A stretch of DNA of 64,000 bases from a virus, in the IMG/VR virus record IMGVR_UViG_3300029319_000012, positions 1-64,000 of that record; one strand, written 5' to 3'. The position numbers and the translations under genes are program-made. The notes below the pieces were generated by a model. It was not told where the DNA came from. It was given only the letters and a program-made list of their open reading frames with translations, and made no database searches. Shown piece by piece: positions 26,257 through 36,966 of the stretch. Every line of letters begins with the position of its first letter. Positions within the stretch are counted from its first letter, which is position 1.

Positions 26257-26523
26257 TTGACAATAATTGAGTGCGAAGAGTGTGAATCAAAGCTAGTGTC
26301 TTCAAACTATAGCACTCAAAATGCATGTCAAACTTGTCAATGTGGAAATATACAAATTATTTTTATTGATAGTGTTCCCCCTTCAAAACTAAAAGGCTTA
26401 GTGACTGTCAGGTATCGTAATTCTTATCCAAAAATATACGAGATATCTGAAGGCGAAAAGTATAGAAAACAAAGAGAAGAAGAAAGACTTAAAAAAACAA
26501 AAAAATTAGGCTTTCAAAATTAA
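26257..26523 (+). CDS. Zinc-ribbon protein
   Basis: CEEC...CQCG; AGGAGG SD. Confidence 0.65.
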   Translation: MTIIECEECESKLVSSNYSTQNACQTCQCGNIQIIFIDSVPPSKLKGLVTVRYRNSYPKIYEISEGEKYRKQREEERLKKTKKLGFQN

Positions 26524-26541
26524 TTGTGATATACTTACTTT

Positions 26542-26560
26542 AGAGCCATATGGCTCTTTT
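26542..26560 (+). terminator. Possible terminator / palindrome
   Basis: Perfect 16-bp palindrome AGAGCCATATGGCTCT followed by TTT. Confidence 0.4.
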
Positions 26561-26594
26561 GTTGCAACATTCTGTTGTAGTGGAGAAGTGTATC

Positions 26595-26723
26595 ATGAGT
26601 TTAATCAAAACTCTTGACAAGGGTTATTTCTTTATTCGCGAGACCATACTAACAGCACGAGACGTAGTTATGTTTTTGCTTATGTTAGCGTATCTTTTGA
26701 TCGTTGTAAGAACTAGCCTTTAA
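26595..26723 (+). CDS. 42-aa membrane peptide (not in ORF track)
   Basis: MSLIKTLDKGYFFIRETILTARDVVMFLLMLAYLLIVVRTSL; GGAG SD; ends flush with the convergent protease gene. Confidence 0.45.
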   Translation: MSLIKTLDKGYFFIRETILTARDVVMFLLMLAYLLIVVRTSL

Positions 26724-27431
26724 TCAAGGAAACTTTATAAAATTCCAAAGTCGTTCGTAGGTAGCTGAAATAGTGACATGGTGAAATCTGTAATGAACAG
26801 AGTGAATCATGCCAACTATTTCGCCGTTAATATTTAGAATCGCACTTCCAGACGAACCCCCCATGGTCGGAATACTATAGAAAGAGTGCCCTTGGTCGTT
26901 TCCAAAATATCTACCTTGAAACATGGGCACCATTTCACCAATCATGATGCCTCCCGGTCCTGCCAAATTATAAACTAGTTCGCCATATTCTGGTCGCTTC
27001 TTAGCTAATTTTAAGGCTGGTAAATCTAAATCAACCTCTACCCCTTGCATGAGGCATATGTCATGTTTTGTATCAAATTTAATGGTTTTTACAATATATT
27101 CTTTTTCTGTCCTATCAATTGCTTTAACATACCAATCACCACCTGAAGCTTCGATTAATTCAAATAATTTTTGCTGACATACATGAGCTGCGGTTAAAAC
27201 AGTTTTCTTTTTTCTGTGTGTAACGATTGCACCAGAGCCTGATGATATTAGTGAATATCCATCACAAGTCATGGACATATCGTCACACTCTCCTAGTCTG
27301 CCCCAAGCTTCTAATTTTACGACTGATTTTTTAACAGTTTGCGCAGTCTTAATTATACTACTTTGCATACTGCAACTATTTATTAAGAAAGCTGCAAGTA
27401 GTATATAAAGGGACATTGCAAATTTTTTCAT
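26724..27431 (-). CDS. Trypsin-like serine protease lipoprotein
   Basis: Lipobox INSC; LTAAHVC (His), HDICL (Asp), GGSSGS (Ser). Confidence 0.85.
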   Translation of the reverse strand: MKKFAMSLYILLAAFLINSCSMQSSIIKTAQTVKKSVVKLEAWGRLGECDDMSMTCDGYSLISSGSGAIVTHRKKKTVLTAAHVCQQKLFELIEASGGDWYVKAIDRTEKEYIVKTIKFDTKHDICLMQGVEVDLDLPALKLAKKRPEYGELVYNLAGPGGIMIGEMVPMFQGRYFGNDQGHSFYSIPTMGGSSGSAILNINGEIVGMIHSVHYRFHHVTISATYERLWNFIKFP

Positions 27432-27466
27432 TATGAATTAACTAGTTTTTGATAATAGAGTAAAGC

Positions 27467-28774
27467 ATGAAAAAAACTTACATCCTTGATACAAACGTCT
27501 TATTGACCAATTCAAAATCGATTTTTGAGTATAAAAACAATGATATCGTCATTCCTTTGAAAGTTCTTGACGAAATTGACAAGCATAAAAAACGCCATGA
27601 TGGTGTTGGGTTGAACGCTAGATCAACAATTAGAGTTCTTGATGATTTAAGAAGCAAAGGCAATTTACATAAAGGCGTTAGGATAGATAAAGGACTAGGG
27701 ATAATTTCTGTCAGAGGATATGACTTTGAAGATGTCCCATTGGCATGTGATGTTACAAGCGCAGATAATCAAATTATTACAACTGCTCTGACTGAAAAAA
27801 AGAACAACCCAAAAAAGAAAGTTATTCTAGTGTCAAGAGATATCAACATGAGAGTCAAATGTGATGCACTTGAAATCTTAACTGAAGATTACATCCCAGA
27901 AAAAGTTATCACAGATCATAATGAATTATTTTCAGGCTTCTCTCAACATTTAATTGACGATCAAATCATTGATAGATTTTATTCTGGAGAAGACATATAC
28001 CTAGACGAGGGCACGCACAATTATAATTCAAATCAATTTGTTATGCTTGTTTCGAGTTCAAATGAAAAAAAGACAGCTTTGGCAAAATTTGTTTCTAAAG
28101 ATCTGCCTCTTAAGAAAGTTATTGAGAGAAACAGTGGCACTTGGGGTCTCAAGCCTAGAAATAAAGAGCAGATGTTTGCTTTGGATGTTTTGCTTGATCC
28201 AGAAATTCCGATTATAACTCTTATTGGCAAAGCAGGTTGCGGCAAAACATTATTAGCTATTGCTGCTGGCTTAGATCAAGTACTTGATCAAGAAATATAT
28301 AAGAAATTAGTTGTCACAAGACCTGTGCAGCCTCTTGGAAAAGATATTGGCTATTTACCAGGCACAATGGAAGAAAAAATGCAGCCATGGCTGATGCCAA
28401 TTCAAGACAATATTGAGTTTCTAATGAATGGCAAGAAAGATAGCATGAATCATTTTTTCGAAGATAAGACAATATCTGTTGAGGCGTTAACTTATATCCG
28501 AGGCAGATCTATATCAAACGCATTTATTATTGTTGATGAAGCACAGAACTTAACAACCCATGAGCTTAAGACTATAATTACTAGAGTTGGTGAAAATACA
28601 AAAATTGTTCTTACAGGAGATGTAGAACAAATAGATAATGTTTACTTAGACGCAACCACTAACGGCTTGTCTTACGCAATTGAAAAATTTAAAAAACACA
28701 CACTTGCAGCTCACATGACTCTTGTAAAAGGAGAGAGATCAAAGGTTGCAACTTTAGCATCAAAGGTATTATAA
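27467..28774 (+). CDS. phoH: PIN-PhoH family ATPase (PhoH2/YlaK-like)
   Basis: N-terminal PIN ILDTNVLL; Walker A GKAGCGKT; IGYLPG, RGRS, DEAQN, GDVEQID. Confidence 0.93.
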   Translation: MKKTYILDTNVLLTNSKSIFEYKNNDIVIPLKVLDEIDKHKKRHDGVGLNARSTIRVLDDLRSKGNLHKGVRIDKGLGIISVRGYDFEDVPLACDVTSADNQIITTALTEKKNNPKKKVILVSRDINMRVKCDALEILTEDYIPEKVITDHNELFSGFSQHLIDDQIIDRFYSGEDIYLDEGTHNYNSNQFVMLVSSSNEKKTALAKFVSKDLPLKKVIERNSGTWGLKPRNKEQMFALDVLLDPEIPIITLIGKAGCGKTLLAIAAGLDQVLDQEIYKKLVVTRPVQPLGKDIGYLPGTMEEKMQPWLMPIQDNIEFLMNGKKDSMNHFFEDKTISVEALTYIRGRSISNAFIIVDEAQNLTTHELKTIITRVGENTKIVLTGDVEQIDNVYLDATTNGLSYAIEKFKKHTLAAHMTLVKGERSKVATLASKVL

Positions 28775-29082
28775 TGGAAACTATCGACGCAAAACAATTT
28801 GAAAGAACCCCTATTTTAGACGAAACAGTTGAGCCAGAGAATGATCTTAAAAATACTCTGGTTGAATATGTTGGTGAAAAACTGAACCCTCAAGACATGA
28901 ATGTCACAGTTGAGATGATTGTGAACGTTATGGCTGATGAATTTCCAGAATTTGTTTTGGCATTAGCAGAGGAAAACTGGGTGCGGGGATACCAACAAGC
29001 GCTAGATGATGTTGAATCTGGTCGAAAAATGATGGAAGAAGAAAAAAATGAAAAAGAAAGATCTTGCAAATTATGTGAGTGA
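28774..29082 (+). CDS. Hypothetical protein
   Basis: 102-aa ORF coupled to phoH. Confidence 0.7.
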   Translation: METIDAKQFERTPILDETVEPENDLKNTLVEYVGEKLNPQDMNVTVEMIVNVMADEFPEFVLALAEENWVRGYQQALDDVESGRKMMEEEKNEKERSCKLCE

Positions 29083-29743
29083 GCAAAACAGTAAATTAAA
29101 AAATCAAAAAATTGGAAAATTTGAAATATTTTTTAAGGACGCTTTTGATAAGCAGTTTGACTATGCAAAAGCTTTTAAGTCTGTAGATTTTATGCTTCCT
29201 GATCATTTTTTAGAGCTAATCGACATTGTTTATGTTGGAAGCTTTGATCATTTTAAAAATGGCTCGTATAATGCTGCTTATGAAAATGGCGCAGTTTACG
29301 TCAGCAATCTACAAGATAATGTTAAAGACTTAATCGACGACTTGATACATGAAATAGCGCATGCTGTTGAGGAAGCGTATGATCATGAAGTTTATTCAGA
29401 TAAAATGATACAAAAAAACTTCCTAGCAAAACGAAAAAAAATAGAATCAATTTTAGATTATGAGGGCTATGATTTAAGTGGTGTTGATTTTATGAACCCA
29501 TATTACTCAAAAAACATGGATATATTTTTAAGAGACGAGGTAGGCTATGAAACGCTACATAATTTAATACCAGGTTTGTTCTTAGCTCCTTATTCAATTT
29601 CATCTTTACGAGAGTATTTCGCCAGGGGATTCGAAGAATTTTATTTAGGAAAACTACATGACTTAAAGACAACTTGTCCCTATATTTTTAATAAAATTGT
29701 TAGCCTGCATGATAACAAGGAAAGAGAAGAGTATGAATTTTAA
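29048..29743 (+). CDS. HExxH zincin-like protein
   Basis: LIHEIAHAVE ... SLREYFARGFE. Confidence 0.7.
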   Translation: MKKKDLANYVSEQNSKLKNQKIGKFEIFFKDAFDKQFDYAKAFKSVDFMLPDHFLELIDIVYVGSFDHFKNGSYNAAYENGAVYVSNLQDNVKDLIDDLIHEIAHAVEEAYDHEVYSDKMIQKNFLAKRKKIESILDYEGYDLSGVDFMNPYYSKNMDIFLRDEVGYETLHNLIPGLFLAPYSISSLREYFARGFEEFYLGKLHDLKTTCPYIFNKIVSLHDNKEREEYEF

Positions 29744-30065
29744 TATTAAAAGAGAAAAAAATCAAATAATTGTATGTGTTAACCTAGAGCCTAAAAAAAT
29801 GCTTGGAGACAAAAGAATTAGAGTTGGCATGCCAACTGTATTAGATTTGATCAAAGATAATTTTACTTTTGGAAAAAATGAATCACTTGGATCTTGCATT
29901 AAATTAGCAGGCTTAGATAACTCAGACTCACAGCGATGCTGTGGCGAATGGATTTTTACAATCAACAAGCCGCAAGAAATTAAATCGAAGCCAGCAAAGC
30001 AAGCAAAAGCTAGCGCCACTCAACAGCCTACAAAGCTTAAATCAAAAGTAAAAGTGAGTAAGTAG
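29733..30065 (+). CDS. Hypothetical protein
   Basis: Likely start MNFNIK overlapping the previous stop. Confidence 0.6.
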   Translation: MNFNIKREKNQIIVCVNLEPKKMLGDKRIRVGMPTVLDLIKDNFTFGKNESLGSCIKLAGLDNSDSQRCCGEWIFTINKPQEIKSKPAKQAKASATQQPTKLKSKVKVSK

Positions 30066-30832
30066 TGAGACAGCACATATCTTTTTCTGAGTTAAAAATA
30101 TGGAATGACTGCGCCTTCAAGCACAAGCTGGTTTATTTGGATGGCATCAAAGAGTTTAAAGGCAGCGAGCACACAGCATTTGGTACTGCAATGCATTATG
30201 TTTGTGAGAATGTTTTTGATGAAAGCAATGACTTGCAAAATATATTTCAAACTAAATTTCTTAATGAACTTAAATCTCTTAAAGCAGATAATGTTCCTCT
30301 AAATAAAAATTTGGTAGAAAATATGCGTAAGCAAGGTAATAAGATGCTTTCTTATATTTTACCTGCTGTTAAAAAAACATTTGGATCATTTGAAGTTATT
30401 TCTATAGAAGAAGATTTATATATACCAATTGAGCAAGATCTTCACTTTAAAGGGTTTATCGATCTGGTTCTTAAGGTTGGTGATACATACCATGTTATTG
30501 ACTGGAAGACTTGTTCTTGGGGTTGGGACGCTCGGCGCAAGGCAGATCGCATGACAACATATCAGCTAACACTGTATAAGCATTTTTTTGCTAAGAAGCA
30601 CAATATTGATGTCGATAAAATTGAAACTCACTTCGCTTTGCTTAAAAGAACGGCAAAGACGGACAACGTTGAGATATTTCGTGTTACCAGTGGACAAAAG
30701 AAAATACAAAATGCTATTAAACTTCTGGATAAAGCTGTTTATAATATAAAAAATTCAAAGTTTATAAAGAACAAGCTATCTTGTACTTCCGGCTTTGGAT
30801 GTGAATTTTATAAAACACAATATTGCAGGTAG
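30065..30832 (+). CDS. PD-(D/E)XK nuclease (RecB/Cas4-like)
   Basis: ISFSEL..WNDC, FGTAMH, KGFIDLV, VIDWKT, QLTLY, C-terminal C..C..C. Confidence 0.85.
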   Translation: MRQHISFSELKIWNDCAFKHKLVYLDGIKEFKGSEHTAFGTAMHYVCENVFDESNDLQNIFQTKFLNELKSLKADNVPLNKNLVENMRKQGNKMLSYILPAVKKTFGSFEVISIEEDLYIPIEQDLHFKGFIDLVLKVGDTYHVIDWKTCSWGWDARRKADRMTTYQLTLYKHFFAKKHNIDVDKIETHFALLKRTAKTDNVEIFRVTSGQKKIQNAIKLLDKAVYNIKNSKFIKNKLSCTSGFGCEFYKTQYCR

Positions 30833-30838
30833 GTTAAA

Positions 30839-32089
30839 ATGTCTAAAAAAATTAAAGTGTTCGTTATTTCTGATCACCCTTACTCTCCGTCAGGTGTTGG
30901 AACACAAACACGCTACATGGTAGAGAGCTTATTAGCAACTGGTAACTATCAGTTTATTTGTTTCGGCGGCGCCATTAAGCACAATGATTACAAACCTCAA
31001 AAAACTGATAAGTGGGGAGATGACTTGCTTATCTTTCCGGTAGATGGCTATGGAACACAAGATTCAGTTCGATCGATTATAATGACTGAAAAACCAGATA
31101 TGCTCTGGTTCATGACAGATCCTAGATTCTTTCCATGGCTATGGGAAATGGAAGATGAAATTAGGTCTCTGATTCCTATGATTTATTACCATGTATGGGA
31201 TAATTATCCATATCCCATGTATAATAAAGTTTGGTACGACTCAACTGATGTTGTTGCATGTATATCAAAACTAACTCATGATATTGTTTCAACAGTTTCA
31301 CCTGAAGTTGATTCTTTTTATATGCCACATGCAGTAAACACTGAATTCTTTAAGCCTTTATCTGAAGAAGATCGATCTGAACTTAGAAAGAACATGGATA
31401 TACCAGACGACAAGTTTGTTGTGTTTTGGAATAATCGGAATGCAAGAAGAAAGCAGCCTGCTACTTTAATTTTCTTGTTTAAAGAATTTTTAGATAAGGT
31501 TGGGCATGATAAAGCTAAATTAATTATGCATACTGACCCGACAGATATCAACGGACCAAACTTGGTTGCTGTTATTAACAATCTAGGATTAAATCAAGGT
31601 CAAGTACAGTTTTCGACTCAGAAACTAGAATTTCCGCAACTAGCTGCAATCTATAATATTGCAGATGTCACTGTTAATGTTTCAGACGCTGAGGGCTTTG
31701 GGTTGTCGACCCTAGAGTCTTTATGCTGCGGTCGCCCAATTATTGTTAATATGACTGGTGGGTTAAAAGATCAAGTAACTGATGGTGAGAATTGGTATGG
31801 CATTGGTATTGAGCCAAGATCAAAGTCAGTAATTGGCTCGCAAGATATACCATATATCTATGAAGATAGATTTGTTGGGGAAGATTTTGTTGATGCGCTT
31901 ACACAGATGTATAACATGACAAAAGAAGAGCGTCTTGAGTTGGGTGAGAAGTGTCATGAGTTTGCAAATAAAAACTTTAACTTTGAAGACTATTGCACAA
32001 AATGGGATGAGAAGCTGAGAGAAGTACATGCAAAATATGGCTCTTGGGGAGAAAGAGAATATCAATCATGGGAGATGTTAGAGGTTTAA
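30839..32089 (+). CDS. GT-B (GT4-like) glycosyltransferase
   Basis: NRNARRK; SDAEGFGLSTLESLCCG. Confidence 0.88.
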   Translation: MSKKIKVFVISDHPYSPSGVGTQTRYMVESLLATGNYQFICFGGAIKHNDYKPQKTDKWGDDLLIFPVDGYGTQDSVRSIIMTEKPDMLWFMTDPRFFPWLWEMEDEIRSLIPMIYYHVWDNYPYPMYNKVWYDSTDVVACISKLTHDIVSTVSPEVDSFYMPHAVNTEFFKPLSEEDRSELRKNMDIPDDKFVVFWNNRNARRKQPATLIFLFKEFLDKVGHDKAKLIMHTDPTDINGPNLVAVINNLGLNQGQVQFSTQKLEFPQLAAIYNIADVTVNVSDAEGFGLSTLESLCCGRPIIVNMTGGLKDQVTDGENWYGIGIEPRSKSVIGSQDIPYIYEDRFVGEDFVDALTQMYNMTKEERLELGEKCHEFANKNFNFEDYCTKWDEKLREVHAKYGSWGEREYQSWEMLEV

Positions 32090-32090
32090 T

Positions 32091-33350
32091 ATGAAAAAAG
32101 TTTTATTAAAAGCACCATTGTTAACACAAAGTGGATATGGGCATCACGGAAGAACAGTATTGAGGGCACTACAGACTCGCCCAGATTTGTTTGATATTTA
32201 CATAATCCCAATGACTTGGGGGCATACCAGCTGGCTTCCAGATGCATCAGCTGAAAGAGTATGGATTGATTCAAATATTAAAAAGACAATTGAGTATATG
32301 AAAGCTGGAGGTCAGTTTGACATGTCTCTTCAAGTGTCAATCCCGCCTGAGTGGGAAAAGCTAGCGCCTATAAATATTGGCATCACGGCTGGCATTGAGA
32401 CAGATAAAGTTGCTCCACAGTGGATAGAAAAAGGAAATTTAATGGACAAAATTATTACAATTTCCAAGCATTCAGTTGACAGTTATAAAGATACAGTCTA
32501 TAAAGCACAAGATAATCAAACTGGTAAAGAGTTTGATTACCGCCTAGTAGCACCAATAGAATACGTTTCTTATCCCGTATTAAAAGCTGAACCAGCAAAA
32601 ATTGACTTAGATTTGCAGACTGATTTCAATTTTTTAGCCGTTGCACAGATGGGACCTAGAAAAAATCTAATTGCAACAGTCAGAGCTTTTGTTGAAAAAT
32701 TTAAGGACAATGAGAATGTTGGCTTAATTATAAAAACTAACATTGCTAAAAACTCAAAAATTGACAGAATCAATTCGCATGCTCAACTAAAAGCAATGGT
32801 TGATCAATTTGGCGAGAAAAAATGCAAGGTTTACATTGTACATGGAAGGCTTTCAGATCAAGAGATGGCTGCGCTCTATACGCATCCTAAAATTAAAGCC
32901 TTGGTTTCAACAACTCATGGCGAAGGATTTGGGTTGCCGCTCTTTGAAGCAGCTTACTATGGCTTGCCTGTTCTGGCAACTGACTGGTCAGGACATACAG
33001 ATTTTCTGTACAAAACTATTAAACAGAAAAATGGCAATACAAAAACAAAACATATGTTTGGAAGAATTACACATACTCTCAGACCAATCCAGAAAGAAGC
33101 GGTGTGGGATGGCGTACTAATGCAAGATTCTCAGTGGGCATACGCAGAAATTGGCTCTGTAAAAATGAACATGGAAGAAGTATATAAAGATCATGGCAGA
33201 TTTAAAAAGCGCGCCAAAGAACTGCAAAATTGGATTAGTAAAGAATTCAGTGAGAAAAAACAATATGCTGAATATATAGAACAGATAAACTCGGTCGGCT
33301 CTGAACTAGATGAAGAGATTGACGACTTGTTTGCACAAATGGCAGTATAA
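32091..33350 (+). CDS. GT-B (GT4-like) glycosyltransferase
   Basis: SGYGHHGR; RKN; HGEGFGLPLFEAA; TDWSGHTDF. Confidence 0.88.
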   Translation: MKKVLLKAPLLTQSGYGHHGRTVLRALQTRPDLFDIYIIPMTWGHTSWLPDASAERVWIDSNIKKTIEYMKAGGQFDMSLQVSIPPEWEKLAPINIGITAGIETDKVAPQWIEKGNLMDKIITISKHSVDSYKDTVYKAQDNQTGKEFDYRLVAPIEYVSYPVLKAEPAKIDLDLQTDFNFLAVAQMGPRKNLIATVRAFVEKFKDNENVGLIIKTNIAKNSKIDRINSHAQLKAMVDQFGEKKCKVYIVHGRLSDQEMAALYTHPKIKALVSTTHGEGFGLPLFEAAYYGLPVLATDWSGHTDFLYKTIKQKNGNTKTKHMFGRITHTLRPIQKEAVWDGVLMQDSQWAYAEIGSVKMNMEEVYKDHGRFKKRAKELQNWISKEFSEKKQYAEYIEQINSVGSELDEEIDDLFAQMAV

Positions 33351-33351
33351 A

Positions 33352-34995
33352 ATGATAATATTTGTTTGCGACGCTTTTGTAGAACAATACACAGGCGGTG
33401 CGGAACTAACAACACAAGCTATTATTGATGCATCCTCATATCCTGTAATGAGGGTGCTTTCTAATAAAGTAACGCCTGAATTAATGAGCCAACACAGTGA
33501 CTCATATTGGGTTTTTGGTAATTTTTCTAACTTAGCTCCTCAATGCATTGTTTATGCAATTAAAAATTTAGACTATTCAATTATTGAATATGATTATAAG
33601 TTTTGTAAATATAGATCAATTAAGAAGCATAAAAAGATAGAAAACGTTTGTAATTGTCATAATGAAAGAATAGGCAAGATGGTGTCTACTTTTCTGGCTA
33701 AGTCAAAGTTGAATTTTTGGATGTCACAAAAACAGCTTGATACGTACAAAGAAATATTTCCATTTTTAAAAGGAAACAATGTTGTATTGAGTTCAGTTTT
33801 TTCTGAGTCTACACTGGAGCATCTTGTACACTTAAATTTGAGCATAAAAAAGAAAAAAATTAAAAAAGAGAAGTGGCTAATTCTTGATTCACCTTCTTGG
33901 ATTAAAGGTAGGGATGTAGCCGTACATTATGCAAAACATAATAATCTTGACTATGAGTTGGTTTGGGGCTTAAGTTATCCACAAATGCTTTTAAAACTAG
34001 CGGAGGCAAAAGGTATAATCTTTTTACCTTTGGCGGCTGATACTTGTCCGCGTTTTGTAATTGAAGCTAAAATGTTAGGATGTGATCTTATTCTCAATGA
34101 GGATGTTCAGCATAAAAACGAGCCATGGTTTGATAATCCTCGATCTACCTACGAGTACTTATCAACCAGGGCAGACTTCTTCTGGGATAAGATAGAAAAG
34201 ATAGCTTCAAAAAATCTTGGCTTTTCTGTGCCAGAAAAAAATACCGACAGCCACATTAAGTTAATCGTGCCATTTTATAATGCTGGAGCATGGCTTAAAA
34301 ACTGCATTGATAGTTTAAAAAAGCAAGCCAATACAAACTTTGAATGCATAATGATTGACGATATGTCGACAGATAATTCAGTGAAAATAGCTAAAAAACA
34401 CATTGATTCTGATAGTAGATTTAAGCTAATAGTAAATAAAGAAAAGCGTTATGCGCTTGGTAATATATGTCATGCTATTGAAAATGCTGAGTGTAATGAT
34501 GATGATATAATTGTCTTGCTGGATGGTGACGACTGGCTAGCTTCATCTCAGTCATTAAGTATATTGTCTTCTGAATATTCAAAAGAGAAATGTTTGATGA
34601 CTTATGGCAGTTATATTTATAGTCCATCTTCCATGAAAGGTGTTGAGCCATCAGCGTATTCTGATGATGTTATACAGAATAATTTGTTTAGAGAGGATCA
34701 TTGGCGAGCGTCGCACTTAAGAAGCTTTAAATATAAGCTCTGGAAGCATTTAAATCACAACGATTTAAAAGATGAGCAAGGTGAATATTACAAAATGACT
34801 TATGACCAAGCGATTATGTTGCCGCTTTTAGAGATGGCTGGAGATCGATCTCATTACATTGATCAAATATTATACGTGTACAACAAAGAAAACCCCTTAA
34901 GCATCGACAAGAACAAGGCACAAGAGCAATATAATCTAGCTTTAAAAATAAGAAATAAGAAGAAATATGATAAACTAGATGAAAGTATACTTTGA
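33352..34995 (+). CDS. Fused GT-B-like + GT2 glycosyltransferase
   Basis: GGAELT and DTCPRFVIEAKMLG; then IVPFYNA, IDDMSTD, LLDGDDW. Confidence 0.85.
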   Translation: MIIFVCDAFVEQYTGGAELTTQAIIDASSYPVMRVLSNKVTPELMSQHSDSYWVFGNFSNLAPQCIVYAIKNLDYSIIEYDYKFCKYRSIKKHKKIENVCNCHNERIGKMVSTFLAKSKLNFWMSQKQLDTYKEIFPFLKGNNVVLSSVFSESTLEHLVHLNLSIKKKKIKKEKWLILDSPSWIKGRDVAVHYAKHNNLDYELVWGLSYPQMLLKLAEAKGIIFLPLAADTCPRFVIEAKMLGCDLILNEDVQHKNEPWFDNPRSTYEYLSTRADFFWDKIEKIASKNLGFSVPEKNTDSHIKLIVPFYNAGAWLKNCIDSLKKQANTNFECIMIDDMSTDNSVKIAKKHIDSDSRFKLIVNKEKRYALGNICHAIENAECNDDDIIVLLDGDDWLASSQSLSILSSEYSKEKCLMTYGSYIYSPSSMKGVEPSAYSDDVIQNNLFREDHWRASHLRSFKYKLWKHLNHNDLKDEQGEYYKMTYDQAIMLPLLEMAGDRSHYIDQILYVYNKENPLSIDKNKAQEQYNLALKIRNKKKYDKLDESIL

Positions 34996-35878
34996 AAATG
35001 TTAATTTTAGAAGCTTATCTGGACCAAATTCATTTGCTAATAAGTTAGCAAAATACCTTTTGCAATCTGGTGTTGAAATCGTTGATTCTGTTGCAGAGTC
35101 AGATAAGAGGCTTTGTTTTATAGAGACTCGCGACTATGGCTGCAAAAAGCCAATCATACAAAGATTAGATGGGATATATTTTAATCTATTGCAAGATTAT
35201 AAAGCGCAAAATTCTAATATTCAACAAACGTTTAAACACTCAAGTGCAGTGGTTTATCAAACAAGCTTCAATCAAAAATTAATAAATAAGTTTTTTGGTG
35301 TGCACGAAAAATCAGTTGTAATACCAAATGGAGCTGACTTAAAAAAAATTGAAGCAATTCCTGCTTTAGTGCATACTAAGCTTGACAAGTTTAAAAGCAT
35401 TTGGAGCTGTGCGTCTCATTGGCGTCCACATAAAAGATTAGATGATAATATCAGGTATTTTTTAGAACACTCTAGCTTAGACGAGTGCCTGGTCGTTGCA
35501 GGCGATACAAACAAAAATTATGTTAAGAATGATAGAATTTTTTATATTGGCTCAGTTTCACACGAAAAATTGATATCTCTTTATAAAGCGTCCAAATATT
35601 TTATTCACTTATCTTGGCTAGATCATTGCCCAAATGTTGTTGTTGACGCTCGTGCATCAGGTTGTCAAGTGATTTGCTCTTCAGCAGGTGGCACTGTTGA
35701 GATTGCTGGAGAAAATGCAGTTGTTATTGAAGAGGATGAGTGGGATTTTAAACCAGTGAGGCTTTATGACCCACCTCCATTAAATTTTGATAAAAAAGTA
35801 AAAAACACCCATAATTCAGATTATAATATGGAAACTGTAGCCGCAGCCTACAAAAATTTTATGGAGTCCGTTATATGA
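34979..35878 (+). CDS. GT-B (GT4-like) glycosyltransferase
   Basis: SGPNSF; IPNG; DHCPNVVVDARASG; SSAGGTVE. Confidence 0.8.
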   Translation: MKVYFENVNFRSLSGPNSFANKLAKYLLQSGVEIVDSVAESDKRLCFIETRDYGCKKPIIQRLDGIYFNLLQDYKAQNSNIQQTFKHSSAVVYQTSFNQKLINKFFGVHEKSVVIPNGADLKKIEAIPALVHTKLDKFKSIWSCASHWRPHKRLDDNIRYFLEHSSLDECLVVAGDTNKNYVKNDRIFYIGSVSHEKLISLYKASKYFIHLSWLDHCPNVVVDARASGCQVICSSAGGTVEIAGENAVVIEEDEWDFKPVRLYDPPPLNFDKKVKNTHNSDYNMETVAAAYKNFMESVI

Positions 35879-36966
35879 AAGTAGATTTGTTAGACTTAAC
35901 CAGACAATATCAAAAAATCAAACATGAAGTCGACCCGGTGGTAGATTTCATTATCACATCGCAAAGGTTTATTAATGGTCCAGTTGTTGAAACATTCCAA
36001 GAAAATTTTGCAAAATATTGCGATACAAAATATGCTGTTGGCTGCAGCTCTGGCACTGATGCCTTACTTATGTCCTTAACAGCTTTGGATATTGGTCGTG
36101 GAGATGAAGTTATAACAACTCCATTTACTTTTTTTTCAACGGTTGAAGTCATTGTAAGACGAGGTGCGAAGCCAGTATTTGTCGATATTCAAGAAGATAC
36201 TTTTAATATTGATGTCGAACAGTTAGAAAAAGCAATAACTAAAAAAACAAAGGCAATTATTCCAGTGCACATCTTTGGTCAATGTGCCGACATGGATCGA
36301 ATAATGTCAATTGCCGAAAAACATAACTTGCACGTTATAGAAGATGCCGCGCAGGCAATTAGTGCTTTGTGGCAAGGCAAAAAAGCTGGCTCAATTGGCA
36401 CAACCGGTTGCTTTAGTTTTTTCCCCTCAAAAAACCTTGGAGGTTTTGGCGATGGCGGAATGGTTACAACAAACGATGAAACTTTATATAATAAGATGCT
36501 TCAAATTAGACAGCATGGAATTAGCCTAACAGAGAGATATAAATATGATTACCTTGGAGGTAATTTTAGATTAGATGCTCTACAAGCAGGAGTTCTAGAT
36601 GTTAAGTTAAGACATATTGATGAATGGTCAAATGCAAGAAGACAAAATGCAGAGTATTATTATAATCATTTAAAAAGCTATAATTTGCCTTTTGTTGACG
36701 ATCGCGGACATCATATATACAATCAATTTGTAATTAAAACTGACAATCGCAATGACGTTATTGAAAAACTTAAGGAAGCACAAATCGGCTATGGAATTTA
36801 TTATCCTAATGCGATACATTTACAAAAGCCGATGAAGTATTTAAAATATAAAAAAGGCTCACTGCCAGTTTGTGAGAAAGTTTGCGAGCAGGTTTTAGCG
36901 CTTCCTATATATCCTGATCTTCTTCAGGAAGAGCTAGAGTACGTCGCTTATGTAATGGAGAAGTAG
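35875..36966 (+). CDS. DegT/DnrJ/EryC1/StrS PLP-dependent sugar aminotransferase (WbpE/WlbC-like)
   Basis: SGTDAL, PFTFF, EDAAQA, FSFFPSKNLGGFGDGG. Confidence 0.92.
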   Translation: MKVDLLDLTRQYQKIKHEVDPVVDFIITSQRFINGPVVETFQENFAKYCDTKYAVGCSSGTDALLMSLTALDIGRGDEVITTPFTFFSTVEVIVRRGAKPVFVDIQEDTFNIDVEQLEKAITKKTKAIIPVHIFGQCADMDRIMSIAEKHNLHVIEDAAQAISALWQGKKAGSIGTTGCFSFFPSKNLGGFGDGGMVTTNDETLYNKMLQIRQHGISLTERYKYDYLGGNFRLDALQAGVLDVKLRHIDEWSNARRQNAEYYYNHLKSYNLPFVDDRGHHIYNQFVIKTDNRNDVIEKLKEAQIGYGIYYPNAIHLQKPMKYLKYKKGSLPVCEKVCEQVLALPIYPDLLQEELEYVAYVMEK

